From assembly GCA_963787835.1 (NCBI GenBank), contig CAWBEI010000003.1:96001-160000 (forward strand): a stretch of 64,000 nt of DNA, in the 5' to 3' direction. Each line of letters opens with the position of its first letter. Position 1 is the stretch's first letter. The DNA comes from Ignavibacteriota bacterium (GTDB taxonomy: Bacteria; Bacteroidota; Ignavibacteria; Palsa-1295). The notes beneath the pieces are model-generated. The model worked only from the letters and a program-made list of their open reading frames with translations. It searched no databases and was not told the DNA's origin. A program made the position numbers and the translations under genes. Positions 18,668 to 29,131 of this stretch are shown one piece after another.

Positions 18668-21118
18668 ATGAATCATTTTCAACTTTTTAGCCGTCGGCAC
18701 AAGAGCGATCTTATGCTTCTGGCATTTATTCTCATCGTGATCTCGCTATTAATTTCCAATGCTCTTCTGGCAAAAACGCATCATAAACATGTGCCAGCAG
18801 AGGGTATTAATTTCACGGTCGCCGTCCATGACGGAACCAACGACCAGCCGCTCGATCTGGCGCGCGTTTCGCTCTATCGAGGATCCGCGTTCATTCGCGG
18901 ACAGGTAACAAATCCCGCAGGCCGCACCACCTTCGCCGATGTCATTCCGGGTACCTACAGGCTCGTGGTTCGGTCCGTTGGTTATGATGACTTCAACGAC
19001 TCTTCGGTGGTAATAGACAAAGAGCATACGTTCGACTCCGTTACGCTTTACGAGATCGGGAAGCAGGTTACGGTTACTGGATTCCACGAACCGGCTATCA
19101 CGACCATTGATCCGACGACCGCTAATCAGGTATTCGAAGCCGAAACCTATCATGCTCCTCCGACTGCTCGAATTACTCAATTAGTGCAGGAAAACCTGCT
19201 CGGCGCTGCGCGGGCGCCAACGGGCGAAGTGCATATTCGCGGCCAGCATGGTGAATACACCTTTTATCTTGATGGCGCGCCGATTCCTCTCGGCGTATTC
19301 GGTGGGCTGAACGAGGTGGTCGATCCCCATGTCATTGATCGGGCAACCTTCATCGATGGCGGATGGGCTGCAGAATACGGCGGCCAAATTGCCGCTGTTA
19401 TCGACATGCAAACCCATGTTCCCTCCGGCGGTTTTCATTTGGATGCTTCGACGTATGCCGGAACCTATGCGCCAAGTATAAGCAAGGATTCGGTGATCAA
19501 CCCGAACAAATTGCTGAACATGAACGGGCAAACACTTTCCATGAGCGATAATATCGGTAAGTTCGGCTGGTTCCTTTCCGGATCTCGTCAAGAAACCGAC
19601 CGCCGCATCGATGCGCCTATCTCGGAGATCGAACACGATCATGGATTCGATTATTTCCTCTATGGCAAAGCTGATTATTTGCTATCGGACAAAGACTACT
19701 TGACACTCAATCTAAATTATGGCGTCACTAATACGCAAATACCGTATGATTCCGTAGAAGTGGGTGGGACAAATCCACCCCAAGCTCAGGACGATAATCA
19801 ATATACGACGAACGCATTTCAAACGCTTAGTTACTTTCGAACGATCTCATCGGAGGTTGACCGCGAGAGTAATTTAATGGTGGCTGGTTTTGCACGTGAA
19901 GGAGGGTTAATCTATACTCCCGGCGGAATTGACATGCCAACAATCGATAATGTCGCAGGCAATTCAGATGTCATTTCCGAAGACAGGAGCTACACCACGC
20001 TCGGAATTCGCACAAAATACGATAACCGGCTTTCGCATCAGTTTATGTATGCCGCCGGATTCAATTTCGATAATACGGTCGGTCATGAAGATTTCGGACC
20101 CGTCGATACCACAACCGGAGAACAGTATAGCCAAGTCAATCTTCCAAATGCTCCCCACACCTCTAACTCCTATACGGGTACCAATTTCGGAGCGTTTCTC
20201 GAATCCGAGATCCATCCATGGGAGTGGACCCGGTTCGATGTTGGCTTGCGATACGATCAGCAAGTTTCTCCGGATGTAGGATTTCAATCGCAAGTAAGCC
20301 CTCGCATTCGTTGGAACTTCCTTATTGACGAAAGCAACTACGCCTCACTTTATTATGGTAAGCTTTTTATGCCGACCAACCTCGATGGGCTTTCGTCGAT
20401 TGGTAGCCTTATTTACCCTCATAATGTCTATGGGGATACGCTTGGCGGCACCAAGGCAGAACGCGATGAATTCTACGAAGCCGACTACGTTCATACGTTC
20501 GATTTCGGCTTGCGCATGAAAACCGATTATTTCTACAAGTACGCCTCACCGGGAGTAGATGATGCGACGATCGGAACCAGTGCGATTAAGAGTCCAGTGA
20601 ATATCGCTTCTGTTTACACACAGGGCATCGAGCTTGGGCTTTCGTATAGTTCGCCGAACACTCCTTTCTCTGGATATTTGAACTCCTCGATCATACATGC
20701 GTATGGCGTGGGTACACTTTCCGGTGGATTCGTCCCGTTCGCAAGCGATGGCCCCGCAACAGATCTCGATCACGATCAACGGCTTTCCGTCGTTGCATCA
20801 CTCAATTATCAGCCTTCCGATTGGTATGCGAATGTCGTTGGAATCTATGGATCGGGGCTGACGAATGGAAATCCGCAAGGGCTTTCGTATGGAACCGGTT
20901 TGTTCGACTTCAATCAGGCCGAGCATACCACCCCATCGTGGATCTTCAATATTGGAGGCGGATATACGTTCCATCTCCAGGGCAGCTCCACAATTTCGCC
21001 CTCGCTCTATGTCGGCAATCTGTTCGATAACGAGCATTTGCTTAAAGGCGCCTATTTTAGCTCGGCCTATTGGGAAGAGCCGCGCAGCATCATCCTGAAA
21101 GTGGACTACCACCTTTAA
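18668..21118 (+). CDS. TonB-dependent receptor with N-terminal carboxypeptidase-regulatory-like domain
   Basis: Plug motifs HIRG, YLDGAPI, GGWAAEYGG; GLRYD; NLFD...PRSIILKVDYHL C-terminus. Confidence 0.9.
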   Translation: MNHFQLFSRRHKSDLMLLAFILIVISLLISNALLAKTHHKHVPAEGINFTVAVHDGTNDQPLDLARVSLYRGSAFIRGQVTNPAGRTTFADVIPGTYRLVVRSVGYDDFNDSSVVIDKEHTFDSVTLYEIGKQVTVTGFHEPAITTIDPTTANQVFEAETYHAPPTARITQLVQENLLGAARAPTGEVHIRGQHGEYTFYLDGAPIPLGVFGGLNEVVDPHVIDRATFIDGGWAAEYGGQIAAVIDMQTHVPSGGFHLDASTYAGTYAPSISKDSVINPNKLLNMNGQTLSMSDNIGKFGWFLSGSRQETDRRIDAPISEIEHDHGFDYFLYGKADYLLSDKDYLTLNLNYGVTNTQIPYDSVEVGGTNPPQAQDDNQYTTNAFQTLSYFRTISSEVDRESNLMVAGFAREGGLIYTPGGIDMPTIDNVAGNSDVISEDRSYTTLGIRTKYDNRLSHQFMYAAGFNFDNTVGHEDFGPVDTTTGEQYSQVNLPNAPHTSNSYTGTNFGAFLESEIHPWEWTRFDVGLRYDQQVSPDVGFQSQVSPRIRWNFLIDESNYASLYYGKLFMPTNLDGLSSIGSLIYPHNVYGDTLGGTKAERDEFYEADYVHTFDFGLRMKTDYFYKYASPGVDDATIGTSAIKSPVNIASVYTQGIELGLSYSSPNTPFSGYLNSSIIHAYGVGTLSGGFVPFASDGPATDLDHDQRLSVVASLNYQPSDWYANVVGIYGSGLTNGNPQGLSYGTGLFDFNQAEHTTPSWIFNIGGGYTFHLQGSSTISPSLYVGNLFDNEHLLKGAYFSSAYWEEPRSIILKVDYHL

Positions 21119-21133
21119 TCTCAAACAGGGTTT

Positions 21134-21171
21134 GTGGGACTAATGGAATTTATAATTCCCATTAGTCCCGC
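21134..21171. terminator. Long intergenic hairpin (terminator or mRNA stability element)
   Basis: GTGGGACTAATGGAATT-TAT-AATTCCCATTAGTCCCGC. Confidence 0.55.
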
Positions 21172-21206
21172 ATTCCTATATCCTTGCAATTTCAGATAAA
21201 TGTGTC

Positions 21207-23054
21207 ATGGAACAAGCGGAAGTTGCCGAAGTACATCATTTAGAGAAGGCGGATCTTATTCGAATTGCGTTCGTGGCCCTTTCTGCAATCGCAGTGTGGT
21301 TGAAATGGTGGGAGCCGTTTGCAAACGTCAGCGTCATCGGCATCGCCGCAACGCTTATCGGCGGATGGCCGATCTGGAAAGAGGCCTTCGAAAATCTGCG
21401 AGAAAAACGGATGACCATGGAGCTTTCCATGACGATCGCGCTGGTTGCCGCGCTCGTTATTGGACAATTCCTTACTGCGATCGTAATCATGTTCTTCGTG
21501 CTCGTCGCCGAAGTGCTGGAAGAACTTACAGTGGCTCGGGGCAGAAAAGCGATCAAGGACTTGACCAATATGCTCCCCCGTGAAGCCATCCTTCGTACCG
21601 TAAAGGGCGATGTAACCGTTCCCATTGACCGATTGCATATCGGCGATGTAGTACTCATTAAGCCAGGCAGTGGGATCCCGGTCGATGGCAGCGTATTATC
21701 TGGAGTTTCATCTGTCGATCAATCGGCGATCACCGGAGAATCGATTCCTGTGGAGAAAACTCAGGGCGCAACTGTATTTGCAGGTACGGTCAATCAATCG
21801 GGAGTATTGACCGTCCGTACAACAAATATTGGCAAGAATACTGCGTTCGGTAAGATTGTTCAAGCCGTTGAACATGCTGATAAGGTTCGCGCTCCCATTC
21901 AAAAGACGGCCGATCGCTTTGCTGGTTATCTCGTGTATTTTGCTCTGGCGTGTGCACTCATTACTTTTATCATCACTCGCGACGCTCGTTCAACTATTTC
22001 CGTTATCATCGTTGCAGGTGCCTGTGGTATTGCGGCGGGTACGCCATTGGCCATTCTCGGTGCAATAGGCCGTGCCGCACGTAATGGTTCGATCATCAAA
22101 GGAGGAATCTACCTGGAAGTACTTGGCAACATCGACACGGTCGTATTTGACAAGACTGGAACACTCACGTTTGGGGAGCCGCGTGTTGTACAGGTTCGCC
22201 CAGCTCTTGGTAGAATTCCCGAAGAAGTGATCGAAACTGCCGCTATTGCAGAAAAAAATTCCGAACACCCCCTCGCCAGCGCAATTCTCGCCAAGGCTGC
22301 GGAATGGAAGATCATGGTACGTACTCCCGACGAATTCCATTATGCAGTCGGACGAGGCGTCTCATGCTCCATTGGGCTAACGAAAATTGCCGTTGGAAAT
22401 AAACAATGGATGTCTGAAAATGGAATTGTGAATGCTGCTCGAATCGGATCAAACATGTCAGAATCATCCATGCATGTTGGAAAAGACGGTGCTGTCATCG
22501 GAACAATTGACGTCAAGGATGTTGTCAGGCCGGAATCCCGCAATGCCATTCAAGCATTGAGGCTCATGGGTCTCCGAACAGTTCTTTTGACTGGTGACAC
22601 TAATGCCATAGCAAAGGAATTGAGAACGGAGTTAGAATTCGATTTGGTTATGGCGGAACTCTTGCCAGACCAGAAAATGGAAGAGATCAGGAAAATGCGA
22701 ACAGAGGGTCGCAAAATTGCGATGGTTGGCGATGGAATCAATGACGCGCTCGCCCTTATGCAAGCCGATGTTGGGGTCGCCATGGGATCTGGAACAGACG
22801 TAGCGAGAGAGAGCGCAGATATCGTTCTTATTGGCAATGATCTGCTGAAATTTGTCGAGACCGTGAAAATTGCTCGATGGTGCCGAAGCATCATCCGGCA
22901 AAATTTCATCGGAACAATTGCTGTGGACACAGTCGGTGTCTGCCTTGCAGCCTTTGGAATGTTAAGTCCCCTCCTTGCAGCGCTGATCCATGTAAGTTCG
23001 GAATTGATATTTATTATGAATTCTACTCGATTACTACCACGGAAAGCTGTATGA
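21207..23054 (+). CDS. Heavy-metal translocating P1B-type ATPase
   Basis: ITGES, DKTGTLT, SEHP, MVGDGIND; atypical ACG in place of CPC. Confidence 0.93.
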   Translation: MEQAEVAEVHHLEKADLIRIAFVALSAIAVWLKWWEPFANVSVIGIAATLIGGWPIWKEAFENLREKRMTMELSMTIALVAALVIGQFLTAIVIMFFVLVAEVLEELTVARGRKAIKDLTNMLPREAILRTVKGDVTVPIDRLHIGDVVLIKPGSGIPVDGSVLSGVSSVDQSAITGESIPVEKTQGATVFAGTVNQSGVLTVRTTNIGKNTAFGKIVQAVEHADKVRAPIQKTADRFAGYLVYFALACALITFIITRDARSTISVIIVAGACGIAAGTPLAILGAIGRAARNGSIIKGGIYLEVLGNIDTVVFDKTGTLTFGEPRVVQVRPALGRIPEEVIETAAIAEKNSEHPLASAILAKAAEWKIMVRTPDEFHYAVGRGVSCSIGLTKIAVGNKQWMSENGIVNAARIGSNMSESSMHVGKDGAVIGTIDVKDVVRPESRNAIQALRLMGLRTVLLTGDTNAIAKELRTELEFDLVMAELLPDQKMEEIRKMRTEGRKIAMVGDGINDALALMQADVGVAMGSGTDVARESADIVLIGNDLLKFVETVKIARWCRSIIRQNFIGTIAVDTVGVCLAAFGMLSPLLAALIHVSSELIFIMNSTRLLPRKAV

Positions 23055-23061
23055 AAAAGAA

Positions 23062-24013
23062 TTATTCCCGTGGATCGAACTCCGAAGTATCGCGTAACTT
23101 TTCCCACAATTCCCGCTCTTTTTTGTTGAGGGTTTCGGGAATTTCGATATTGACACTGGCATAAAGATCGCCACGCGATCCATCGGAACGATACAGTCCG
23201 CGATTCGCGAGACGCAACTTTAATCCATTCTGTGCACCCGCAGGAATGGTTAGACGTACATTCCCATCGAGCGTTTCCATCGGTACTTTCGCGCCAAGCA
23301 CTGCTTCCCATGGCGCTACATCGAGTTCACGGTAGAGATCGAAATTGTCGATCTCATAATAGGGATGGTTCTGATATACGAGCGAAAGAATCAGGTCACC
23401 CGGTGTAGCTGCTCCAGCTTCGCCTTGTCCCGCAAGCTTGATCTGCTTTCCTGCAAAGGAATGTTCTGGGATTTTTACTTTATAGGTTTTTGTTCGTACC
23501 ATCGGCTTTGCGAATAGTAAATTGCTTTTGAGTGCCGTGAAACGCTTCCTCGATCGTAACCGGAAGTTCGGCTTCTATATCAGTACCACGAGTGGAAAAA
23601 CCCGGTCGCCTGCGCTGCGAACCTGCGCGGCCACCTTCGAATGGCACTTGAAATCCCATCCCCGGCCCGAAGAACTGATGAAAGAATTCTGAGAAATCTC
23701 CGCCTTCTCCGCCTGTAGTATAAGTATAGGTTCCACCTCCCGGATGAGGGCCATACCCAGGCGGAGGGGAGAATTGCTCACCGGTCTTCCAGTTTTCGCC
23801 GAAGCGGTCATATTTCTGGCGTTTATCCTTATCGCTCAGAACTTCATAGGCCTCATTGATCTTTTTAAATTTCTCCTCGGCGGATTTATCGTTCGGATTC
23901 ACATCGGGATGATGCTTCCGCGCAAGTTTGCGATACGCCTTTTTGATCTCGTCCTCCGATGCTGTGCGAGGTACTCCGAGAATTTCGTAATAATCTTGAA
24001 ATTGAACGGGCAT
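23062..24013 (-). pseudogene. cbpA: DnaJ-class curved DNA-binding co-chaperone CbpA, frameshifted near 23490
   Basis: J domain ([11 protein letters not shown]), G/F region, DnaJ C-terminal domain in the next frame; one extra A in an A5 run, possibly a sequencing error. Confidence 0.82.
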
Positions 24014-24014
24014 A

Positions 24015-24479
24015 TTAGCTCAAACGATTCAGTAAATCTATCCCATATTTTTGTGCTTGATTCACCGCCTTAAGTAACTCCGGTGTATAATCGAGAAGTT
24101 GTCTTGCGATCTCAGGCAGATCGGTCACAGCATATTCATGGGTAATTTCATTTCGAAGCTCTCGTATCTCTCGAAATTTATGTGAGGATTCGATCAAACC
24201 ACGCTTCTCGGCACGATTAGCAACGTCAATGGGACTCCCTAATTCAATGCCTTCCAAAATATCGATCACTCGAAATACTTTCTGAAGCATAATATCTTCA
24301 AGTCGAGCAAAGCGGATCGCGAACGTATCGAGACGGTCGAGATCATCTTCTGAAGGATTCAACCAATCAATGGTTGATTCGAGTCGTTCTGAGGAACGGT
24401 GAAGACGCATTGCTGCTTTCTCAACTCGATCAAAAGTATCCCGTAACTGATCTGCGGTGCTTAACTGTTTTTTTGTCAT
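24015..24479 (-). CDS. HEPN / nucleotidyltransferase substrate-binding protein (toxin of an MNT-HEPN pair)
   Basis: RNEITHEY Rx4H motif; overlaps the MNT gene. Confidence 0.8.
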   Translation of the reverse strand: MTKKQLSTADQLRDTFDRVEKAAMRLHRSSERLESTIDWLNPSEDDLDRLDTFAIRFARLEDIMLQKVFRVIDILEGIELGSPIDVANRAEKRGLIESSHKFREIRELRNEITHEYAVTDLPEIARQLLDYTPELLKAVNQAQKYGIDLLNRLS

Positions 24480-24766
24480 TCTATTGGCAGTGCATCGAAC
24501 GAAATCATCCTTGCGAAGGTGCTAAGATTATTTTCCTGCTCGCCCAGAATGTCAATTTTTTGTTCGCCAAGCATTTCCCAGAGCTTCCAACGGATTTGAC
24601 CTATTGTTTTTCGCGGAACCGGCTGAGGATCGACGATCATCAGATCAATGTCTCCACCTCGTTTTGCATCATCAACCCGCGAGCCATAAAGATAGACTTT
24701 GGCATCTGGCAAGAACGAGAGGACGGTCTCCCGGATGGTCTGTTGCTCGAATTGAGTGAGTCGCAT
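24476..24766 (-). CDS. Minimal nucleotidyltransferase (MNT antitoxin)
   Basis: LYGSRVDDAKRGGDIDL motif, 96 aa. Confidence 0.88.
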   Translation of the reverse strand: MRLTQFEQQTIRETVLSFLPDAKVYLYGSRVDDAKRGGDIDLMIVDPQPVPRKTIGQIRWKLWEMLGEQKIDILGEQENNLSTFARMISFDALPIE

Positions 24767-24895
24767 GACGCTATATCTTCATTTGTGGCAGAAATGTTTC
24801 AGAATAACAAATACTCGGAGGTGCATCCTTGACGCAAGTTGTTGAACAATATCTGGTGCTGATTTTTTATTGATCGGTGTTCACTAACCCGCAAC

Positions 24896-24923
24896 TCATA
24901 ATTCATCATTCATAATTCATCCT
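24896..24923 (+). repeat. Intergenic heptamer repeat (TCATAAT/TCATCAT)
   Basis: Four units abutting the asd start. Confidence 0.65.
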
Positions 24924-25972
24924 TGCTAAACGTAGGTATTGTCGGCGCCACAGGCGCAGTAGGAACGGAAATGCTCCGCGTGCTTGAAGAGCGCAACTTC
25001 CCGCTTTCAGAACTTCATCTTTATGCCAGCGAGCGTTCCGTGGGTAAAAAGATACCCTTTCTCGGTTCGCCGATCGCGATCGAGGCACTGACCGAGCGAT
25101 CGTTCGAGAATCTCGATATTGCACTTTTCAGCGCCGGAAGCGAGATAACAAGAAAATGGCGAAGCGCTGCCGAAAAAGGTGGCTGCATTATCATCGACAA
25201 TTCCAGTGCTTTTCGCATGGAGCAAGGCGTTCCCTTAGTTATCCCGGAGATCAATGCAGATGATCTGCGCGCACATCATGGAGTGATCGCAGTGCCCAAT
25301 TGTTCGACGATTGTCATGCTAATGGCTGTTGCGCCGTTACGCAAGTTTGGAGCTATAAAACGGATAGTCGTTTCAACGTACCAAGCCGTTAGTGGAGCTG
25401 GCGCAGCAGCCATCCGTGAATTAGAAGAAGAAACCGCCAACTTCTTGAAAAACAAGCAGTTGACGCATTCTAAGAAGCGAGATGGATCGGTTTTCCCTCA
25501 TCCGATCGCCTTTAATTTGTTCGCGCACAATACTGCAATTAATAATGCTGGATATAATGCCGAAGAGTGGAAAATGATCCACGAAACGAAGAAGATCTTG
25601 CATGATGAGGACATTCAAGTAACTGCTACCTGTGTCCGCGTACCAATATTTCGCGTTCATTCTGAAAGTGTCAATATCGAGTTCGATGCTTCTTCGCTCG
25701 GATGGTCTCGCCCGTCGGTGGAAGAAATAAGGGATGCAATTTCTGATTTCCCGGGAGCAGCTATTGTCGATGACCGAGCCAACAACCACTTCCCCATGCC
25801 GAACGAAGCAACGGGACTTTACGATGTGCTTGTCGGTCGAATCCGCCATGATGTGAGCAATCCTAACGCGATCGATCTTTTCGTTTGCGGCGATCAGCTT
25901 CTGAAAGGCGCAGCCCTTGATGCCGTCCAGATCGCAGAGAGCCTGATTGAGCAAGGACTGATCGCCACTTAA
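24923..25972 (+). CDS. asd: Aspartate-semialdehyde dehydrogenase
   Basis: GATGAVG, DNSSAFRM, PNCST, TYQAVSGAG, CVRVP, DQLLKGAA. Confidence 0.96.
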   Translation: MLNVGIVGATGAVGTEMLRVLEERNFPLSELHLYASERSVGKKIPFLGSPIAIEALTERSFENLDIALFSAGSEITRKWRSAAEKGGCIIIDNSSAFRMEQGVPLVIPEINADDLRAHHGVIAVPNCSTIVMLMAVAPLRKFGAIKRIVVSTYQAVSGAGAAAIRELEEETANFLKNKQLTHSKKRDGSVFPHPIAFNLFAHNTAINNAGYNAEEWKMIHETKKILHDEDIQVTATCVRVPIFRVHSESVNIEFDASSLGWSRPSVEEIRDAISDFPGAAIVDDRANNHFPMPNEATGLYDVLVGRIRHDVSNPNAIDLFVCGDQLLKGAALDAVQIAESLIEQGLIAT

Positions 25973-26038
25973 CCTCTGATTCCCCAACGGCAATTTCTGC
26001 ACGGGAGCCATCTTTGTTAGGATTCCGTTGGCTTCGGT

Positions 26039-29000
26039 ATGTCGCGCGGACTTCTCTTCATTGGCCTTATTCTTCTAAGCGCGCTTCCCGTGCATGGGCA
26101 GGTCGTCCTGAGCGTTGCCCAACCTGTTATCGATAGCTTCCCCATTGTTGATATTGCTGTAAACATAACAGATAGCGGTGGCCCAGCCACGCTTGTTAAT
26201 TCATCCAACTTTAGCGTCCGTGAAGATGGGATCCCCGCAACCGTACTCGGACTTCACGACTGCGATGGCGCTTCGAATGCCGCGATCGTTTTTATTATCG
26301 ACACGAGCGAGTCTATGAATGGAAGCCTCGGTTCCGGGCCATTCGCAAGCCGTAGCTACGGGATGTTCGATCATGCTCTTTCACAATTTCTTTCAAGTAT
26401 TCCGGGAGCATCTTCGCTCGCGCTTGTCCCTTTTGCAGATACTGCAAGCTATTCTTATCCCGGCAGCCCAAGTAATTTCTATGCATCCAACATCACAGCG
26501 GATACAACGGCCCTGATGGCACATGTCACTGCATTCCGTTACGTCGGAACGAATACAGAAGTGGACCCCGGTATTGCTCAGGCCGCACAGCTACTAACGA
26601 GAAACACCCTCCCACGCCGAGTTATGGTGCTTGTTACCGACGCTCCCGTCGATGAGGCCGATAGTGTTCAACTGTACCTTGACTCACTTGGTATTCAGCT
26701 TTATGTGCTGGATGTCGATCGCGATTCTGCCGTGGTTGATTACGCAAACCACGATCTCGCGATCGGAACCGGTGGTGCGTATTTCAAGGCTTACGATACA
26801 ACGCTCTATGCGCCGATGCTCCTCGATATTTCGAATCTTATATTTTCCGAACATTGCATTCTGGAATATCGAAGCCTCCTCCCATGCCCAAACTGGAATA
26901 CACACCAAGTTGAAGTCTCCTTAAATTATAATGGCACAACGGAACAAGCGTTTACCTCATACACATTGGGCCGCGTCACGCATGATTCGCTTCCACCTCG
27001 CCTGGCGCTCGACACACCCGGAATGTTCTCGCGTGTGCTTCACGCCTATGAATTTTCTGCGTGCGAGGGGAGAATGAAGTCGCTTACCGATTCAGCTTCT
27101 TCTAATTTTATAGTTATGCAACTCGGGTTTTCACCCGATTCCGCTACTGATTCTCTCTCCGTTATCGATACCCTGTTCCCCGCAGAGGCATATTTTGTGG
27201 CAACGGATTCCTCCGGCAACATAAGCCGTATTGATATTCACTATCAGCCTGAGCCTGACATTCACGCGCCGCAATTTGGCGCCCCAATGCACAACGCAAA
27301 CAGTATCGTAGAAACAATAGAAGAAATGCTTCCCTGGGATCGTGGCATCGATACGATCTATCTCTCGGCTGGAGCTAAAAATATTTTACTCGATAGCATT
27401 CACTATGCTGGTAACAGACTCGCACACGCCTATTTGCAAATTGTAAGCATCAATGATTCGGCACACGGCTGCATTGTTGCGATCGACTCTGTGGGCAATA
27501 CCGATAGCATTTGCATCGAATCTGGTGGCACGGTTGCCGATACACTTCCACCGCTCTTCGTTCAGGACCCTATTGCGGAACCGCGCCTGACACTTTCCGG
27601 CAAAGTAACCGACATGCGTCCGCATGACCGAGGTATTCGGGAAGTGATCTTGACGCCACTATCAAATACCGCAGCTCCCCAGGTCTTCTATGATTCTTCG
27701 CAGGAAGCAAGGGTAGGCGTATCGCTCTTGGATTCTATGTACCCCGCACGCGCACTTGTCGAAGCGTACGATAGCGCCGGTAACTTTTTGCGCGACTCGT
27801 TGAGATATGAGCCATTGCCTGACACCACACCGCCATTGATCTCAGTTACAACACCGACCAACTTTACATTTATCTTTTATGCCACCGACACTCAGGCATG
27901 GGATCGTGGCATCGCAAGCCTTGCGTTGCTTCCCTCTTCGGTCAACGCATCGTCGAGTCCGGCAATGTTTCTCGATGGCCACAGAGCAACTCTCACTGCA
28001 ACCATCACCGATCAGACACAAAACGCGACCATGATCGTGCAAGCGGTTGATAGCGCTGGGAATCAAACGACACGCACTGTCACGTATTCTGGCAATCCGC
28101 TTATACCGTTGGGAGATAGCATCATTGATTTCGGAACCGTCTCCGCACCGGCAACAATTACGCGATCGATTGCGCTTACTAATCGGAACGATGTTCCTGT
28201 CACAGTCAATGTTCAGAGTATGCAGGGCGACGCGGCAGAATTCACGATGCTTACACCCAGTCCGCTGACGTTCTCTGCCTACGGATCTCAAATAGTTGAG
28301 TTCGAATTTCATCCTTCCCTCATCGGGACGTATAAAGCCTCTGCAATACTTCAAGGCGTTGACACTCTTGGCAGCTTCACCTTGCTAGGGCGCAGCACGG
28401 GAACGATCCAGCTTGCGCTCGATACAACAACGGTAACAGTGGGTGGAAAAGGCGAACTCCATCTTTCGATCGACGTTGTGCCGAAGCCTTCCAATCTCGA
28501 CACCATAGGATTTACTTTGACCTATGATCCAAATTTTCTGACGTTCGGCGACCCTGAAAATTGCCCGAATGGCTCTCTCGACACTGGCATTTGTAATTAT
28601 CGTGCATTCTGGAGCGGTGGAACGGATGGGAACCGGCAAGCAATGCTTATTCGCACCGACACTACGAAAATATCAACACTTAGTTTTGGCCACACTGAGC
28701 TAACGTTCCCTTTCCAAACCTATGTATCAACAAACGAATCGACTGCAGTTCACATTCTCCCTCTCGCGACATACTCTGCAACTGTAGGTTCGGTGACAGA
28801 TGGACTTGTGATTGCTCAGGATACGTGCGCCACGGAAACGTTGCGTTCGGCGATGATGAGCCAGACACCATTTAAGATCATTTCGATAAATCCAGATCCC
28901 GCGCAATCGTCACTTACAGTTTCGGTTGAAAGTGCAACAGAATCCGACGCAGAAATTTGCATCGTTTCCTCATCCGGCATTACAGAGCACATATTTCCAT

Positions 29001-29128
29001 GTCACTTCTCGGCGGGTGAACAGAGCGTGCTACTTCCAGAACTTCCGGGATCCTCCGGAATGTATGAGATCGTTATTAAAGAAAATGGGAAGGTTATGGA
29101 TCGCCAGCCCATTGAGATCGTTCATTAA
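26039..29128 (+). CDS. T9SS-secreted VWA-domain protein with repeats, Ig-like and cohesin-like domains
   Basis: Signal; MIDAS DTSESM and LVTD; repeated D(T)xPP...DRGI...DSAGN units; NPDPA CTD. Confidence 0.82.
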   Translation: MSRGLLFIGLILLSALPVHGQVVLSVAQPVIDSFPIVDIAVNITDSGGPATLVNSSNFSVREDGIPATVLGLHDCDGASNAAIVFIIDTSESMNGSLGSGPFASRSYGMFDHALSQFLSSIPGASSLALVPFADTASYSYPGSPSNFYASNITADTTALMAHVTAFRYVGTNTEVDPGIAQAAQLLTRNTLPRRVMVLVTDAPVDEADSVQLYLDSLGIQLYVLDVDRDSAVVDYANHDLAIGTGGAYFKAYDTTLYAPMLLDISNLIFSEHCILEYRSLLPCPNWNTHQVEVSLNYNGTTEQAFTSYTLGRVTHDSLPPRLALDTPGMFSRVLHAYEFSACEGRMKSLTDSASSNFIVMQLGFSPDSATDSLSVIDTLFPAEAYFVATDSSGNISRIDIHYQPEPDIHAPQFGAPMHNANSIVETIEEMLPWDRGIDTIYLSAGAKNILLDSIHYAGNRLAHAYLQIVSINDSAHGCIVAIDSVGNTDSICIESGGTVADTLPPLFVQDPIAEPRLTLSGKVTDMRPHDRGIREVILTPLSNTAAPQVFYDSSQEARVGVSLLDSMYPARALVEAYDSAGNFLRDSLRYEPLPDTTPPLISVTTPTNFTFIFYATDTQAWDRGIASLALLPSSVNASSSPAMFLDGHRATLTATITDQTQNATMIVQAVDSAGNQTTRTVTYSGNPLIPLGDSIIDFGTVSAPATITRSIALTNRNDVPVTVNVQSMQGDAAEFTMLTPSPLTFSAYGSQIVEFEFHPSLIGTYKASAILQGVDTLGSFTLLGRSTGTIQLALDTTTVTVGGKGELHLSIDVVPKPSNLDTIGFTLTYDPNFLTFGDPENCPNGSLDTGICNYRAFWSGGTDGNRQAMLIRTDTTKISTLSFGHTELTFPFQTYVSTNESTAVHILPLATYSATVGSVTDGLVIAQDTCATETLRSAMMSQTPFKIISINPDPAQSSLTVSVESATESDAEICIVSSSGITEHIFPCHFSAGEQSVLLPELPGSSGMYEIVIKENGKVMDRQPIEIVH

Positions 29129-29131
29129 TTC

